IMG/VR virus record: IMGVR_UViG_3300027747_000967
Location: 32,001-96,000 of that record
DNA: 64,000 bases
Reading direction: 5' to 3' (one strand)
Source of the DNA: a virus
Shown: one piece after another, positions 1 to 9,975 of the stretch
How positions within the stretch are numbered: position 1 is the stretch's first letter
Layout: every line of letters begins with the position of its first letter
Position numbers and translations under genes: made by a program
The notes under the pieces: generated by a model
What the model saw: only the letters and a program-made list of their open reading frames with translations
Databases searched by the model: none
Told to the model about the DNA's origin: nothing

Positions 1-7
1 TTTCATA

Positions 8-238
8 TTACACCATCCTGTTTAATTGAATACTATAAGAATTTCTTTTCATGTTACTATCATATGAATATACAGTCTGCGCAATACCGTCTGCATTGAA
101 CAAATTACCATATAAACATTTAACTGCATTATTGATAACTGTATTATCACCTACTCTGCATTCTTTTATTGCTTTCTCGCTAGTGTAAAATGATACACCG
201 TTTACGATAACTCTAAATTTACTCATATAACCTTTCAC
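8..238 (-). CDS. small hypothetical early protein
   Basis: 76-aa ORF directly downstream of the sigma70-like promoter at 254-282. Confidence 0.6.
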   Translation of the reverse strand: MKGYMSKFRVIVNGVSFYTSEKAIKECRVGDNTVINNAVKCLYGNLFNADGIAQTVYSYDSNMKRNSYSIQLNRMV

Positions 239-253
239 ATTTAATATACAACC

Positions 254-282
254 ATTTTAAAGGATAACCTACATTTTGGCAA
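254..282 (-). promoter_or_regulatory. sigma70-like early promoter
   Basis: TTGCCA-17 nt-TAAAAT on the minus strand. Confidence 0.6.
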
Positions 283-500
283 GTAATCTTTTAAAACTGT
301 CGTGTAAAAACAACAGCTTAACCACTACAACCTCTATATCCAATAAATTGAACAATTCATTTTATATTCATTTTGAAGTAAACGTAATTCGTCCAAATTG
401 ACCTTACGCTTACCAAATGATTCAAATAACGTATGAGCTAAAGAACATCTAGGAGTAAAAATATCATTACCATCTGAATCCATTTTACCGTTTATCTGAA

Positions 501-712
501 TTACTTTAAACATATAAAATCCTTTTTTTCCAATAATATCTCACTTATGCTATTATCTCTATATGATACAGTATATGGATTATCTAAAGATATTGTATAA
601 ACAACCTTTTTACCAGAACCGCCATATAGTCTAGATGATAGAATCGTACCTGTAATTCCAGATGCATAACCTGACTTTACTTGAATTTTAGTATTATTTG
701 CTAATATTCTCA
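501..712 (-). CDS. small hypothetical protein, possibly SH3/KOW-like beta fold
   Basis: ORF with AAAGG RBS; the likely start is MRILANN. Confidence 0.55.
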
Positions 713-726
713 TATTAAAACCTTTC

Positions 727-903
727 TTATTCAATCGTTACTTTTTGCAATTCGTCTTTTAATTCATCAATAGACATATTGTTTAAACCTTTAAAACCAT
801 ACATGATAAAATCGTATAGAGTATTATCATTATAACTTGTATCATTTTGGCAATTATCTATAATTAAATTGCATATTTTGGTAATCATTTTATCTTGATT
901 CAT
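727..903 (-). CDS. small hypothetical protein (not in ORF track)
   Basis: MNQDKMITKICNLIID...ELQKVTIE read manually, with AAAGG RBS. Confidence 0.5.
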   Translation of the reverse strand: MNQDKMITKICNLIIDNCQNDTSYNDNTLYDFIMYGFKGLNNMSIDELKDELQKVTIE

Positions 904-1073
904 TTAAAACCTTTCAATATTTACATTAAATTTACATCAAATATATTCTATATAACTAAAAGTAATATAGACGCTTATAGTGTCGCTAGTATGACATACA
1001 CTGCGAAACTTAGTTTCTACTTACAATTCTCCTGAGCGCATCCAGAAACATCCTGTGCGGTTCCAGAGATACT

Positions 1074-1406
1074 TTAAACTGCCATATCTTGAAGATTTTG
1101 AATTTTACTCTCAAGATACTTAATGCGTTCATGTCGTAATTGTGCCACTTCGCTATCACTACGAATATATACATCAAACGAATGTGCATCAGCTTTTGGC
1201 GTAGCATTACTTGTAGTATTCTTGCGAGTTCCTCTATACATTACATAAAATCTCTGGGAGCCATCTACAATACTTCTAAATGTATCAATCTCTTTTATTG
1301 GAATATTCTTATATGTCGAGCGTAAACCGGAGCTGGCTCTAGTAGCATATCTACCATACAATGTTGCAAGTGTATCACTAATTTTATAATCTGTTCTATA
1401 ATTCAT
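1074..1406 (-). CDS. hypothetical early protein
   Basis: ORF; the likely start is MNYRTDY after an AAAGAAAGAGATAGT leader. Confidence 0.6.
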   Translation of the reverse strand: MNYRTDYKISDTLATLYGRYATRASSGLRSTYKNIPIKEIDTFRSIVDGSQRFYVMYRGTRKNTTSNATPKADAHSFDVYIRSDSEVAQLRHERIKYLESKIQNLQDMAV

Positions 1407-1591
1407 ACTATCTCTTTCTTTGTTAAATTGTGAATTTTTCTTATTACTTCGCAAATATCATCTGAAACGTCATCTTCTATATCAGCATAATAATTTAATG
1501 CATCGTATATAACGTCTAATTGTTTATCAGTCAATTCTACTGTTTTTTCAAGTTTTAAATTCTCGACTTTTACTAGTTTATATGTAATCAT
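1403..1591 (-). CDS. hypothetical early protein
   Basis: 62-aa ORF sharing the AAGAAAGAGATAGTATG leader with the downstream gene. Confidence 0.6.
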   Translation of the reverse strand: MITYKLVKVENLKLEKTVELTDKQLDVIYDALNYYADIEDDVSDDICEVIRKIHNLTKKEIV

Positions 1592-1603
1592 ACTATCTCT
1601 TTC

Positions 1604-1921
1604 TTAAAGTAATTCGTTTAACTGTGAATATAAGAATTCTACATCATCGTGAATATCGCAACTTGTAAAATCATCATCATCATGATTTGACGTATTATTC
1701 TCATTATCATAATATATTTCAAAGACTGTATGGTCGAGTTTAATAGGCTCGTTTTGAAAAAAATTACACGGACTATAAAAATGTTCGATTACATAACATA
1801 CTTTACGATTGAATTTATCAAAAAACTCATATTCATTACATTCTACTGATTCAAATGATTGTTTAATTGTAACATCATAATCATTCGCAATACTTGTTAT
1901 TTCATTTAAAAATTGATTCAT
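1604..1921 (-). CDS. acidic hypothetical early protein
   Basis: 105-aa, strongly acidic, contains no Gly. Confidence 0.65.
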   Translation of the reverse strand: MNQFLNEITSIANDYDVTIKQSFESVECNEYEFFDKFNRKVCYVIEHFYSPCNFFQNEPIKLDHTVFEIYYDNENNTSNHDDDDFTSCDIHDDVEFLYSQLNELL

Positions 1922-1938
1922 ATTTTCTTTCTATATTA

Positions 1939-2160
1939 TTATTGTGACATAAATTCATCAAACTCTTGTTTAATTGTGTTTTCAATCAATTGAATTTCAT
2001 GTAACTCTTGTTTTCTTTCATCTGATTCTAAATAATCTTCAATACGTTCAACGCAATGTTGATGAACGTTGATATATTCAGTTCTGTAGTTTTCACATGA
2101 ATTTAATAAAAATTCATAAAATTCTTTTGCAGTTTTTTCTTTACTCATTTTTTCTTTCAT
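1939..2160 (-). CDS. hypothetical early protein
   Basis: 73-aa ORF downstream of the promoter at 2180-2207; no Gly, Pro or Trp. Confidence 0.6.
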   Translation of the reverse strand: MKEKMSKEKTAKEFYEFLLNSCENYRTEYINVHQHCVERIEDYLESDERKQELHEIQLIENTIKQEFDEFMSQ

Positions 2161-2179
2161 TTGTTTAACTAATACATCT

Positions 2180-2207
2180 ATTATACAGTAATCTCAAAAA
2201 AAGTCAA
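2180..2207 (-). promoter_or_regulatory. sigma70-like early promoter
   Basis: TTGACT-16 nt-TATAAT. Confidence 0.75.
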
Positions 2208-2255
2208 GAAATTACTCTATATTAGTGTCTTAAAAACAACACTAGCGGGCGTCTT

Positions 2256-2465
2256 TTACTTCGGCATCTGATAATAACGAGAAGCAAAATCAGCTCGTTC
2301 TCGCTCATAATCGCTTCTTCTATCTGGATTATTAACTTTTAATTCAGCCCACCATACTAATTTTTCTTGCGTCATCTCTGGATGCTTTTGTTTCAAATCA
2401 GCAACATAATCATTTTGCTGTTCTTGCGTCATATCGCACCATTTTGTTTCATTGATTATACTCAT
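2256..2465 (-). CDS. hypothetical early protein
   Basis: 69-aa ORF with AAGAAAGAGAG leader. Confidence 0.6.
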   Translation of the reverse strand: MSIINETKWCDMTQEQQNDYVADLKQKHPEMTQEKLVWWAELKVNNPDRRSDYERERADFASRYYQMPK

Positions 2466-2481
2466 ATACTCTCTTTCTTAA

Positions 2482-2754
2482 TTACTTCAATAATTCAAGT
2501 ATTTCTTCGCTTGTCTCTTTTACCCAAATGTGAGCAGTATTAGATAATGATATGCGAGTCGCAATTATTTCATAATAATTATCTTTTGCAAGCATTGATT
2601 TTGATTCATCTACTTTAAAGCCAAATTTGCGAGTTCTTCCAAACATTGTAATTGCATCTTTATTTACAAAAATGTCGTAAACAGTCGTTATAATATCGCC
2701 ATTTCCAGCTTTAGTAGAATAATCATCTACATGAGTTAATTTTATTGTATTCAT
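2482..2754 (-). CDS. hypothetical early protein
   Basis: 90-aa ORF ending in VKETSEEILELL. Confidence 0.6.
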   Translation of the reverse strand: MNTIKLTHVDDYSTKAGNGDIITTVYDIFVNKDAITMFGRTRKFGFKVDESKSMLAKDNYYEIIATRISLSNTAHIWVKETSEEILELLK

Positions 2755-2830
2755 ATTTCACTTTCTTTATTAATTAATCTTACTCTAATATACTCATAGA
2801 ATACATTAGATAAAACAATTAAAAAACTAC

Positions 2831-3235
2831 TTAAACAGTAGCAGCTTTCTTAGCAGCAAACTTAGCAGCTATTGCGTTCGCTTCTTGCGCTTCTACTTGT
2901 AACATTGTCACTTTAGAAGCTTTGCGATTCGCTTTAATCGCTTTTGAGCCGACTGGCTTCGCTTTCTTATCTTGTAACTTCTGTAAACGCAACTGAGCTT
3001 TCGCAATTCTATCTTGTAACTTCAATTCAGCATCAGCAGCTTTTACAGCACGTGCTTGAGCTCTTGTTTCACGGTCTTGCTCACGCATCTCTTTTTGAAT
3101 TCTCTTATAATCTCGATTAAGAGCTACTTCATTTTTAATAGAAGCTTTAAGAGCTGTTAATGTTTCTCTTTTTTGGGCAAGAGTTAAGCCTTCAATGGAA
3201 CTACAAGCAAATGTAAACATAGTGTTTTCTTTCAT
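2831..3235 (-). CDS. basic Ala/Lys-rich coiled-coil early protein
   Basis: 134 aa; first gene after the promoter at 3356-3383. Confidence 0.7.
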   Translation of the reverse strand: MKENTMFTFACSSIEGLTLAQKRETLTALKASIKNEVALNRDYKRIQKEMREQDRETRAQARAVKAADAELKLQDRIAKAQLRLQKLQDKKAKPVGSKAIKANRKASKVTMLQVEAQEANAIAAKFAAKKAATV

Positions 3236-3355
3236 ATAAAATAAATGTTAATAATTAATAATACTGCTGATAATATCATAGAGTATAAACAAATAATCAA
3301 TAAATTGTCTATATACTGTAATTCGTTTTTCTCTTTAATCTTCATCATGTAAACC

Positions 3356-3383
3356 ATTATACAGTAATTTAAGAATTTGTCAA
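3356..3383 (-). promoter_or_regulatory. strong sigma70-like early promoter
   Basis: TTGACA-16 nt-TATAAT. Confidence 0.8.
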
Positions 3384-3419
3384 TCGTTATTTTTTGCGTT
3401 TCTATCTATTTGATTTTAT

Positions 3420-3760
3420 TGAAGAAAATACTTGAGTAAATTAGTATAGTATAGAAATTATAACGAATTTTTCGTGTTTTTCTGCGTTTTTGTGTGTTTT
3501 TGTGTAAAAAGACGCAGCTCCAAGAGTCAATGAGTGTAAGAGTGAGAGAGTGATGAGCTCCAGAGCCGTGTGTAGACTGACTGAGAATGATCGAAGAGTG
3601 ACTGTAGAGCCGTGTGTGTGTTGAGTGTGAGTGATGAATAATAAAAAAAGTTCATTCCAGGTCGGACTGATTATTTCCATTATTTTTTTTCAGGAGGAAT
3701 TCGTGTTCCTCAAAATTTTTCCCGCAAGAACTCTGTGTTCCTAGAATTTTTTTTGGAAGG
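3420..3760. repeat. non-coding region with strand-biased GA/GT tracts and short direct repeats
   Basis: AGAGCCGTGTGT twice (about 3562 and 3606); GTGTTCCT followed by AATTTTT twice (about 3703 and 3735). Confidence 0.55.
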
Positions 3761-3901
3761 CTACTCGCTTCCTACGACATTTTCTATATTTGTGTTTATC
3801 CTTAGGCCCTCCACGAGTGGCAATCCACACAGGTAGACTTACACAAGAGCAAAAAATCACTAAAGCCCATAATTGGTCAAACGTAATCATACATTATCCT
3901 T

Positions 3902-4120
3902 TCAATCAAAGTAATCTTCCTCTATGATTCCATTATCCAGACATTCCCTGATGAATTCGTTTGCACATCCATCACTTAGTATAGCATCAGAAATCATATT
4001 TTCAATGATAACACGTTTTTCTGTATCAATATTGTGTTCCGACCATGGAAAATTATCTACAAGTCGTTCCACACAAACAAATACCCAATTTTCCTGATTT
4101 TGTTGTTCCATCCAATTCAT
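3902..4120 (-). CDS. hypothetical protein
   Basis: 72-aa ORF with GAGGA RBS. Confidence 0.6.
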   Translation of the reverse strand: MNWMEQQNQENWVFVCVERLVDNFPWSEHNIDTEKRVIIENMISDAILSDGCANEFIRECLDNGIIEEDYFD

Positions 4121-4433
4121 TTACAGTCCTCTCCATCCTAAAAGAAAGCAAGTTTTCACCCATTCATTGAAATTCTTAGAGAATCGTGTTTTGTGTAGTA
4201 AATCCAAGTAAATATATGGAAACCAAAGAACAAACAATGGTCTCCTTACATAAGGATTCTTTATATGTGATATTTTAGCAGTAATATTCATTCTTCATAA
4301 CCTAATTCGTATTTTTTCACTTTTTTCATCAATGCCGACCATTCCGTAGCACGTTCTTTGAGTTCACCATTGAGCCAAAACTCAAAATACTTACCATTGT
4401 GTTCATATTTTATGTGTATTTTTTCTTTGGACT

Positions 4434-4853
4434 TCATTTCTCTTGTGCCTTTCTTAGTATTGCTCTAGCAAACCATTTCAACTGCTCCATTGATGAATGA
4501 CCATCAACATTAGCCCTTGCTATGCTTTCTATTTCCTCATTTGTTAGTTCCCGTTCAATCTCTTGCCCAATATCAGATAACCGTTGTAATGCTAATTCTT
4601 TTTTCAACGCTTCTATTTCAGCTTGTTGCAGTTCTATCTTTTGATACAGTAAGTCAATCAGTCTTTTATCACCGTTGGCCGTGCGTTCATCTATATTTGT
4701 GTTCGTCTTACTACGCAACCCATCTATTTCTTGGGCTTGTTGGCGTAGCATGGTTTGTGCTAGTTCAATATTGTTGGCATAATCATAATATTCTTCACTG
4801 GTTAAAATTGATATTGAACCTTCTAATTCATCTGCTAGTTCATTTGCAGTCAT
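4434..4853 (-). CDS. hypothetical phage protein
   Basis: MTANELADEL...MLRQQ...EIEALK...FARAILRKAQEK architecture typical of small phage proteins. Confidence 0.7.
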   Translation of the reverse strand: MTANELADELEGSISILTSEEYYDYANNIELAQTMLRQQAQEIDGLRSKTNTNIDERTANGDKRLIDLLYQKIELQQAEIEALKKELALQRLSDIGQEIERELTNEEIESIARANVDGHSSMEQLKWFARAILRKAQEK

Positions 4854-5170
4854 TTCTCAGGTCCTTCACTCCATTTAAATCCTAATAGTTTATACATTAC
4901 CTTCTGTAAAACAGACGGTTTCTTCTCAATCCCAATATGCATTACCCCAATCTTCAGTTCTCCTACTGAATTGCTGGGCGAAACAGTAAGTGAAGGAGAA
5001 ATGGTTGTCATACCAACACCAAGAGGAACATTACCTGATCCAAAGGTGTAGTTAGCAGGTACAGCATAAAGTTTCCGTCTTGTATCACAACCTTCAGTAT
5101 CCAAGTCAAGACTTAACTGAATTCCATAGTGAGGCCACAGAAACTCCATTTCAGTTTGAGTTTGTATCAT
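4850..5170 (-). CDS. hypothetical protein
   Basis: 106-aa ORF translationally coupled to its neighbours. Confidence 0.6.
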   Translation of the reverse strand: MIQTQTEMEFLWPHYGIQLSLDLDTEGCDTRRKLYAVPANYTFGSGNVPLGVGMTTISPSLTVSPSNSVGELKIGVMHIGIEKKPSVLQKVMYKLLGFKWSEGPEK

Positions 5171-5400
5171 GTTTTATTCCGAGTATGTAATGACATTTTT
5201 CTACATTCCTCTTTCACTTTTATTGGAATGTCAGGTGAAATCTCTGCAAGCCGACAGTCATATCCTACTTCTTTGTATTTCGGATGTAAAAAAATGATAA
5301 GAAACAATAAGGCAAGTCCTACAGCAAACATTCCAGCAACAATGAGAACATCCTTAGTAGTTATTTCAGTTATTTCAGTATTCTTGGTATATTTTTTCAT
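5167..5400 (-). CDS. small membrane protein
   Basis: one TM segment followed by YDCRLAEISPDIP...VKEECR. Confidence 0.65.
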   Translation of the reverse strand: MKKYTKNTEITEITTKDVLIVAGMFAVGLALLFLIIFLHPKYKEVGYDCRLAEISPDIPIKVKEECRKMSLHTRNKT

Positions 5401-5474
5401 ATTGTATCAGAGTATATCAGTAATTATCAGGAACTGCGTGGAACCCCCCAGAGGAGGCGTTCCAAACCGTTTAG

Positions 5475-5741
5475 TTATTCAAAAACACCGACTACGTTTT
5501 CTTCCTTAACAATCCAAAGTTCTTTATCTTCGTGTTTGAACTTAGTGGATTTGCTCCAGTCTGCTACTATTATATCACCTACTTGAACATCAAGGCAATC
5601 AGATCCTGCAAATAATACCGTACCACGAGATACTTCATCACGGTCAACGGAGGTGAGGATGATACCAGAATCGGTCACCTTTTCTTTTTGAATTAATTCT
5701 ACTACTAATTTATTTTTGGTTGGTTGTAACATGGTAGACAT
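5475..5741 (-). CDS. groES: co-chaperonin GroES
   Basis: LQPTKNKLVVE...TDSGIIL...GTVLFAG...VQVGD motifs. Confidence 0.9.
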   Translation of the reverse strand: MSTMLQPTKNKLVVELIQKEKVTDSGIILTSVDRDEVSRGTVLFAGSDCLDVQVGDIIVADWSKSTKFKHEDKELWIVKEENVVGVFE

Positions 5742-5817
5742 CCTTTCATGATATGAAATGTCATATTAAATATTAAAAAAACTATCGTTTCTACTTAGAT
5801 TTCTCCTATATAGATAT

Positions 5818-6249
5818 ATGGAAAGCAATAGTAGAGAATACGCTAAATTTAAAAGAACCTTTGTTGGTCCTCCACTTCCAAGAAAAATTAGGAAAGAAAG
5901 GAACATAGGCGGTTCTAAACCTATGCCTGCTGAAAAACCTTTAAAACATAATTCTGAAACAAAACAAACTATACATCATTTTATGCCTTTTGTAACGGAT
6001 GATTGGCGTAATGTTAGACATTGTAATAATATTAACCAAATTATAACGCCTAGTTGGGCCAACAAAGCGAAAATAAAAGAATTATATTATACTGCTAAAA
6101 AATTAACCGAACAAACCGGTGTAAGACATGAAGTAGACCATATAATACCAAAAAGACATCCTTTGGTTTGTGGTCTCCACGTTGAACACAATTTACAAAT
6201 TTTACAAAAATCTGAAAACTTACAGAAAACAAATACTTTTAACCTCTAG
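5818..6249 (+). CDS. HNH endonuclease-like protein
   Basis: HEVDHIIP...VCGLHVEHNLQIL...EN..K.N motif; opposite strand to its neighbours. Confidence 0.8.
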   Translation: MESNSREYAKFKRTFVGPPLPRKIRKERNIGGSKPMPAEKPLKHNSETKQTIHHFMPFVTDDWRNVRHCNNINQIITPSWANKAKIKELYYTAKKLTEQTGVRHEVDHIIPKRHPLVCGLHVEHNLQILQKSENLQKTNTFNL

Positions 6250-6257
6250 GAAAACAA

Positions 6258-6410
6258 ATGAACTTACTTAACTTACTTAAAAAACTCTTTAATACAACTA
6301 CTGCTTTAGAACTTTATATTGAATCAAAGCAACCTACAAATACTGCTGATATTGAAAATGCCACTAAAGACTATTTCACCAAATCAGCTAATGGTTATTT
6401 CTATAGCTAA
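6258..6410 (+). CDS. small hypothetical protein (not in ORF track)
   Basis: MNLLNLLKKLFNTTTALELYIESKQPTNTADIE..., with AGGA RBS. Confidence 0.55.
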   Translation: MNLLNLLKKLFNTTTALELYIESKQPTNTADIENATKDYFTKSANGYFYS

Positions 6411-7216
6411 ACCTTTAGCATTTCTTCATAGGTATAATTGCGTTCCATATAAGGTGACGGTTCTTTTAAGTAAGATTCAGCTAAGTCACCTTCTCTCCTT
6501 GGTCCATATGATGGCCATAAATTTATATCATTTACTTTAATAAATGTGTCAACAATTTCTTTGGTTGTTCTTGGATCGCCATAGGCAAGATTCTCAATTT
6601 TGTTTGATGGGTTATCAATCGCTTTGATAATAGCACGACAGATATCATTCACATGAACATACTCACGGACACAAGTACCATCTTTTGTCGGATAATCATT
6701 ACCAAAGATAGTAAAAGTAAATTTACCAATTTCTTTGGCTTTCATTAAGTTCATCATCAAACCATCAGGATTGGTTGGTGGAAATCCATCAGTACCAATG
6801 ACATTGTAAAAACGGAAGATGGTGTAATCGTAAGCTCTCTCTTTTACAATATCTTCTGCCATGCGTTTGGAGAAAGCATAAGATGAAACAGGATTCTCTG
6901 CGGCGCCCGTAGAAGCAAAAATAAAATTATGGTGGCGAATACTTTTTAATACATTCATTGTACCATTTACATTTGTATCAAAATAAGCACTAGGATTCTT
7001 TACCGATTCACCAACACGAACTAAAGCAGCCAAATGAATGATGGTATGAAATTCATACATAGCAGTAAATGGATATCTAATATCAACTCTATGGTTTTTC
7101 CTATCTTCTTCAATATCACAACCATGAATCAATATATCAGGTCGTGTCTGTTCAATCATCTTTACTAGATGTTGACCAATATAACCTTTGTTACCTGTAA
7201 TTAATACATTTTTCAT
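6407..7216 (-). CDS. NAD-dependent epimerase/dehydratase (GalE-like)
   Basis: ITGNKGYIG Rossmann motif, YAFSK, FRFYNV, DGTCVREYVHV. Confidence 0.9.
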   Translation of the reverse strand: MKNVLITGNKGYIGQHLVKMIEQTRPDILIHGCDIEEDRKNHRVDIRYPFTAMYEFHTIIHLAALVRVGESVKNPSAYFDTNVNGTMNVLKSIRHHNFIFASTGAAENPVSSYAFSKRMAEDIVKERAYDYTIFRFYNVIGTDGFPPTNPDGLMMNLMKAKEIGKFTFTIFGNDYPTKDGTCVREYVHVNDICRAIIKAIDNPSNKIENLAYGDPRTTKEIVDTFIKVNDINLWPSYGPRREGDLAESYLKEPSPYMERNYTYEEMLKV

Positions 7217-7331
7217 GGTCTTTGTGCTTTCAAATGATTCAATACGTTCATTACTTCTTGACGCATAGGATTATCATGCGGAAGCCAAACGTATACTCTA
7301 TTCAATAATTGAATTACTTGATTTAAATCCA

Positions 7332-7607
7332 TCATTTAAATATTCCCGACCATGTTTTGAGCTTATCACGTTTAGCATGACGAGCTGCATTGACATTAGA
7401 ATCGGAAAGAATTCCTTTTTCAATCAAAATATCAACCATGCAAAGCAAATCACCAATTTCTTCTTCTAGTCTGGCTTGATTACTTGGCCCATCTTTTGGC
7501 CAAGCGTCATTTGCACCAAAACGAAATATTTTAGAAATTGCTTGAATTACTTCAGCACATTCTTCTTGTGTGATAAGAAAAACCTCACTATTTGATATAT
7601 TATTCAT
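7332..7607 (-). CDS. MazG-like NTP pyrophosphohydrolase
   Basis: EECAEV...LEEEIGDLL; the likely start is MNNISNSE. Confidence 0.8.
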   Translation of the reverse strand: MNNISNSEVFLITQEECAEVIQAISKIFRFGANDAWPKDGPSNQARLEEEIGDLLCMVDILIEKGILSDSNVNAARHAKRDKLKTWSGIFK

Positions 7608-7815
7608 TGAGTAATGTAGGTTTATCACCTTTAGATATATATTCAGCGGCAAAGTTATTAGCAGATTCTTCATTCATAAAGACTTTACTAAATGTGTTTG
7701 GATTGTTAGGTGTTCCATAATTGACTTGGTAAAAAGTAACTCCACCATCGTCACCCTCTAAAACTGCGGCGATATATTTACCTGCACCACCCATATATGT
7801 TGCTATTTCTTTCAT
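7600..7815 (-). CDS. hypothetical protein
   Basis: 71-aa ORF coupled to its neighbours. Confidence 0.6.
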   Translation of the reverse strand: MKEIATYMGGAGKYIAAVLEGDDGGVTFYQVNYGTPNNPNTFSKVFMNEESANNFAAEYISKGDKPTLLNE

Positions 7816-9974
7816 GATATTAATCCTATAAAACGGTTAAGAACTACACGGTTATTTAAACGACCTTTTGTATACTTATTAAAAGCAGTTACAAGGCCTC
7901 GGGTTGTTGCATTTTCTTTTACTTCAAACTCTACTTCTTCATCGGTGTCCATACCTTCAGCACGGAGAATGTAATACTCATCATATCCTGCTGTTGTAAA
8001 CACATGATAATTATTTTTACGGAAATCACTGCGTAACAAATCAAAATCATCCGCCTTACTAGCATACTTATAACACAAAGATTTGAAGTTACGAGAAGCA
8101 GTAACATAAAAACCAATCACATTACAACCTGTTGTCTGTTTCAACATTTCAAGGAAAGGTAATGATGAAGAATAACCTTGATGATTACACACTACTTGAT
8201 GCATTGTCTTTTTATCACGGATAATCATAGTACCAGGTTGTGGGCGTGCCATCAAGAAATCTTTACCATCAAGAGATGTTTCTTTTCCATAAACTCTTTT
8301 TGAACCATGGCCTTCACCGTCTGTCAAGAATACAGTATTCACAATTTGTAGTTTATATTGTTTCTTAAACTCAGGTATAATTTTCATTGCGGCAAGAATA
8401 CATTCATTTAATGGAGTTCCACCCAACTGTAAAAATTCAGGACGGTAACGATTACAAGCTCGTAACAAAGCGGCACAAGCATAATTAAATTCAGCCGCAC
8501 TCATCTTACTAGATAAGAAATTGAGCAAACTTAATTTACCCATTTGAAGATTTCCTTCTTTCATTGTATCATTCATCCATTCATATGCTTTACGATGTTC
8601 ATCCGAGAAAGCATACACCTCAAAAGGAATAAGAACCTTCCTACAGAACAATGCAAGATTGATTAACTGTTTGACTGTGCCTTCTAAGTGGTCAGACATT
8701 GAACCTGACCAATCCACGAACATCACCAAACCATGTGATTTGCCATTGGGTACGATTGTCGCTTTCTTGAACAAATCTTCATTAAATTTGTATGAGAAAA
8801 TCTTAGACATATTCAATTCACCAGTTTTTGAAATTGATGCACGCTTCATCTGGTCAGCATTTTTACGGAGTTCAAACTCTTTTGCTAGATATGATACAAT
8901 CTTGGTAGAATCTTGACGAACTTTACTTAAACCTTGTGTGTCAAGGCCAGCATCATAATCACACGAAATACAATAATATTCTTTATGTTCTTTCCATAAA
9001 TCTTTGTATGACACAATTATTTTGTCCAAGTCAACTTCTGGAAGATTGGCGTAGTGATAAGTTTCACCACCTGTGGCAAATAATCGTTTTTGATTTTCTT
9101 GGAAAGCTTCATCAGTTTTGGATCCAGTATCATTACCACCTTCTGAACCTTCAGCCATATCTTTGGTTTGATTGCCTTTATCGGATTCATCATCTTCAAT
9201 ATTGGTATCACCTGTTCCAGAATTGCCATCCTTGAAGATATGGTCATTTCCTTCTTCTTTTGGTTTGGCATCATCTTCAGTAGGACCATTTTTAGGAACA
9301 AAGAATTCTTCATCTTCGGATTCTTCATCGGAATCGTCATAGAATGAATCGTCAAATGATTCCATTTCTTCGTCACCATCTTCATCCGGTATTAATACAA
9401 GTTTCTTCTTACGCTCTTCTTGTTCTTGTTCTGCGTATTCAGATAATTTCTTAGCAAGTTCAATCACATCATCATATGTATTGGTAGATTCAATTTCTTG
9501 GATTAAATCTCTTTCTTCTTCCGTAAAATCAATACCTTGTGTCGGACCACCTTTGCAGAATAAATTTGCACGGTCAATAAAACGTAAACTACTTAAATTC
9601 ACGCCTTTTGTACCAAAGAAGTCTTTCTCAATAAGTTCTTTGTATCCACGGACAAAGGATGCACGAACACCTGGATATTTGTATTTGATTTTACGTTCAA
9701 TACGAGAATCTTCTAATACATTCATTAAACTCATATTTAAGTTTAAATCAATAGCTTTCTTCATACCTTCTTCAGGAGTATATAAAGCGTGACCTACTTC
9801 ATGTGCAACAAATAGGTCATACAAATAACCTGAAATATTCTTATCAAGAATAGGTAGTGTAAGAACACGATTCTTCACATCAAACGAAGCAGTATCAACA
9901 GCCTTTTGTTCTACAATAAGATTTTCAGTTGCCATTAGTTTGGCGAGAAGGGATTTAGAATCTAACATTTCCAT
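7812..9974 (-). CDS. CobT-like protein: HExxH metallopeptidase-like domain, acidic linker and VWA domain
   Basis: AHEVGHALYT; MIDAS motif DWSGSM...GGTPL...LTDGE. Confidence 0.85.
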   Translation of the reverse strand: MEMLDSKSLLAKLMATENLIVEQKAVDTASFDVKNRVLTLPILDKNISGYLYDLFVAHEVGHALYTPEEGMKKAIDLNLNMSLMNVLEDSRIERKIKYKYPGVRASFVRGYKELIEKDFFGTKGVNLSSLRFIDRANLFCKGGPTQGIDFTEEERDLIQEIESTNTYDDVIELAKKLSEYAEQEQEERKKKLVLIPDEDGDEEMESFDDSFYDDSDEESEDEEFFVPKNGPTEDDAKPKEEGNDHIFKDGNSGTGDTNIEDDESDKGNQTKDMAEGSEGGNDTGSKTDEAFQENQKRLFATGGETYHYANLPEVDLDKIIVSYKDLWKEHKEYYCISCDYDAGLDTQGLSKVRQDSTKIVSYLAKEFELRKNADQMKRASISKTGELNMSKIFSYKFNEDLFKKATIVPNGKSHGLVMFVDWSGSMSDHLEGTVKQLINLALFCRKVLIPFEVYAFSDEHRKAYEWMNDTMKEGNLQMGKLSLLNFLSSKMSAAEFNYACAALLRACNRYRPEFLQLGGTPLNECILAAMKIIPEFKKQYKLQIVNTVFLTDGEGHGSKRVYGKETSLDGKDFLMARPQPGTMIIRDKKTMHQVVCNHQGYSSSLPFLEMLKQTTGCNVIGFYVTASRNFKSLCYKYASKADDFDLLRSDFRKNNYHVFTTAGYDEYYILRAEGMDTDEEVEFEVKENATTRGLVTAFNKYTKGRLNNRVVLNRFIGLIS

Positions 9975-9975
9975 A

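Noticed and set aside
3441-3680. 79-aa ORF in the repeat region
   Set aside because: Low-complexity translation of GT/GA tracts (HTQHTH, LHSL), no RBS; better explained as non-coding.
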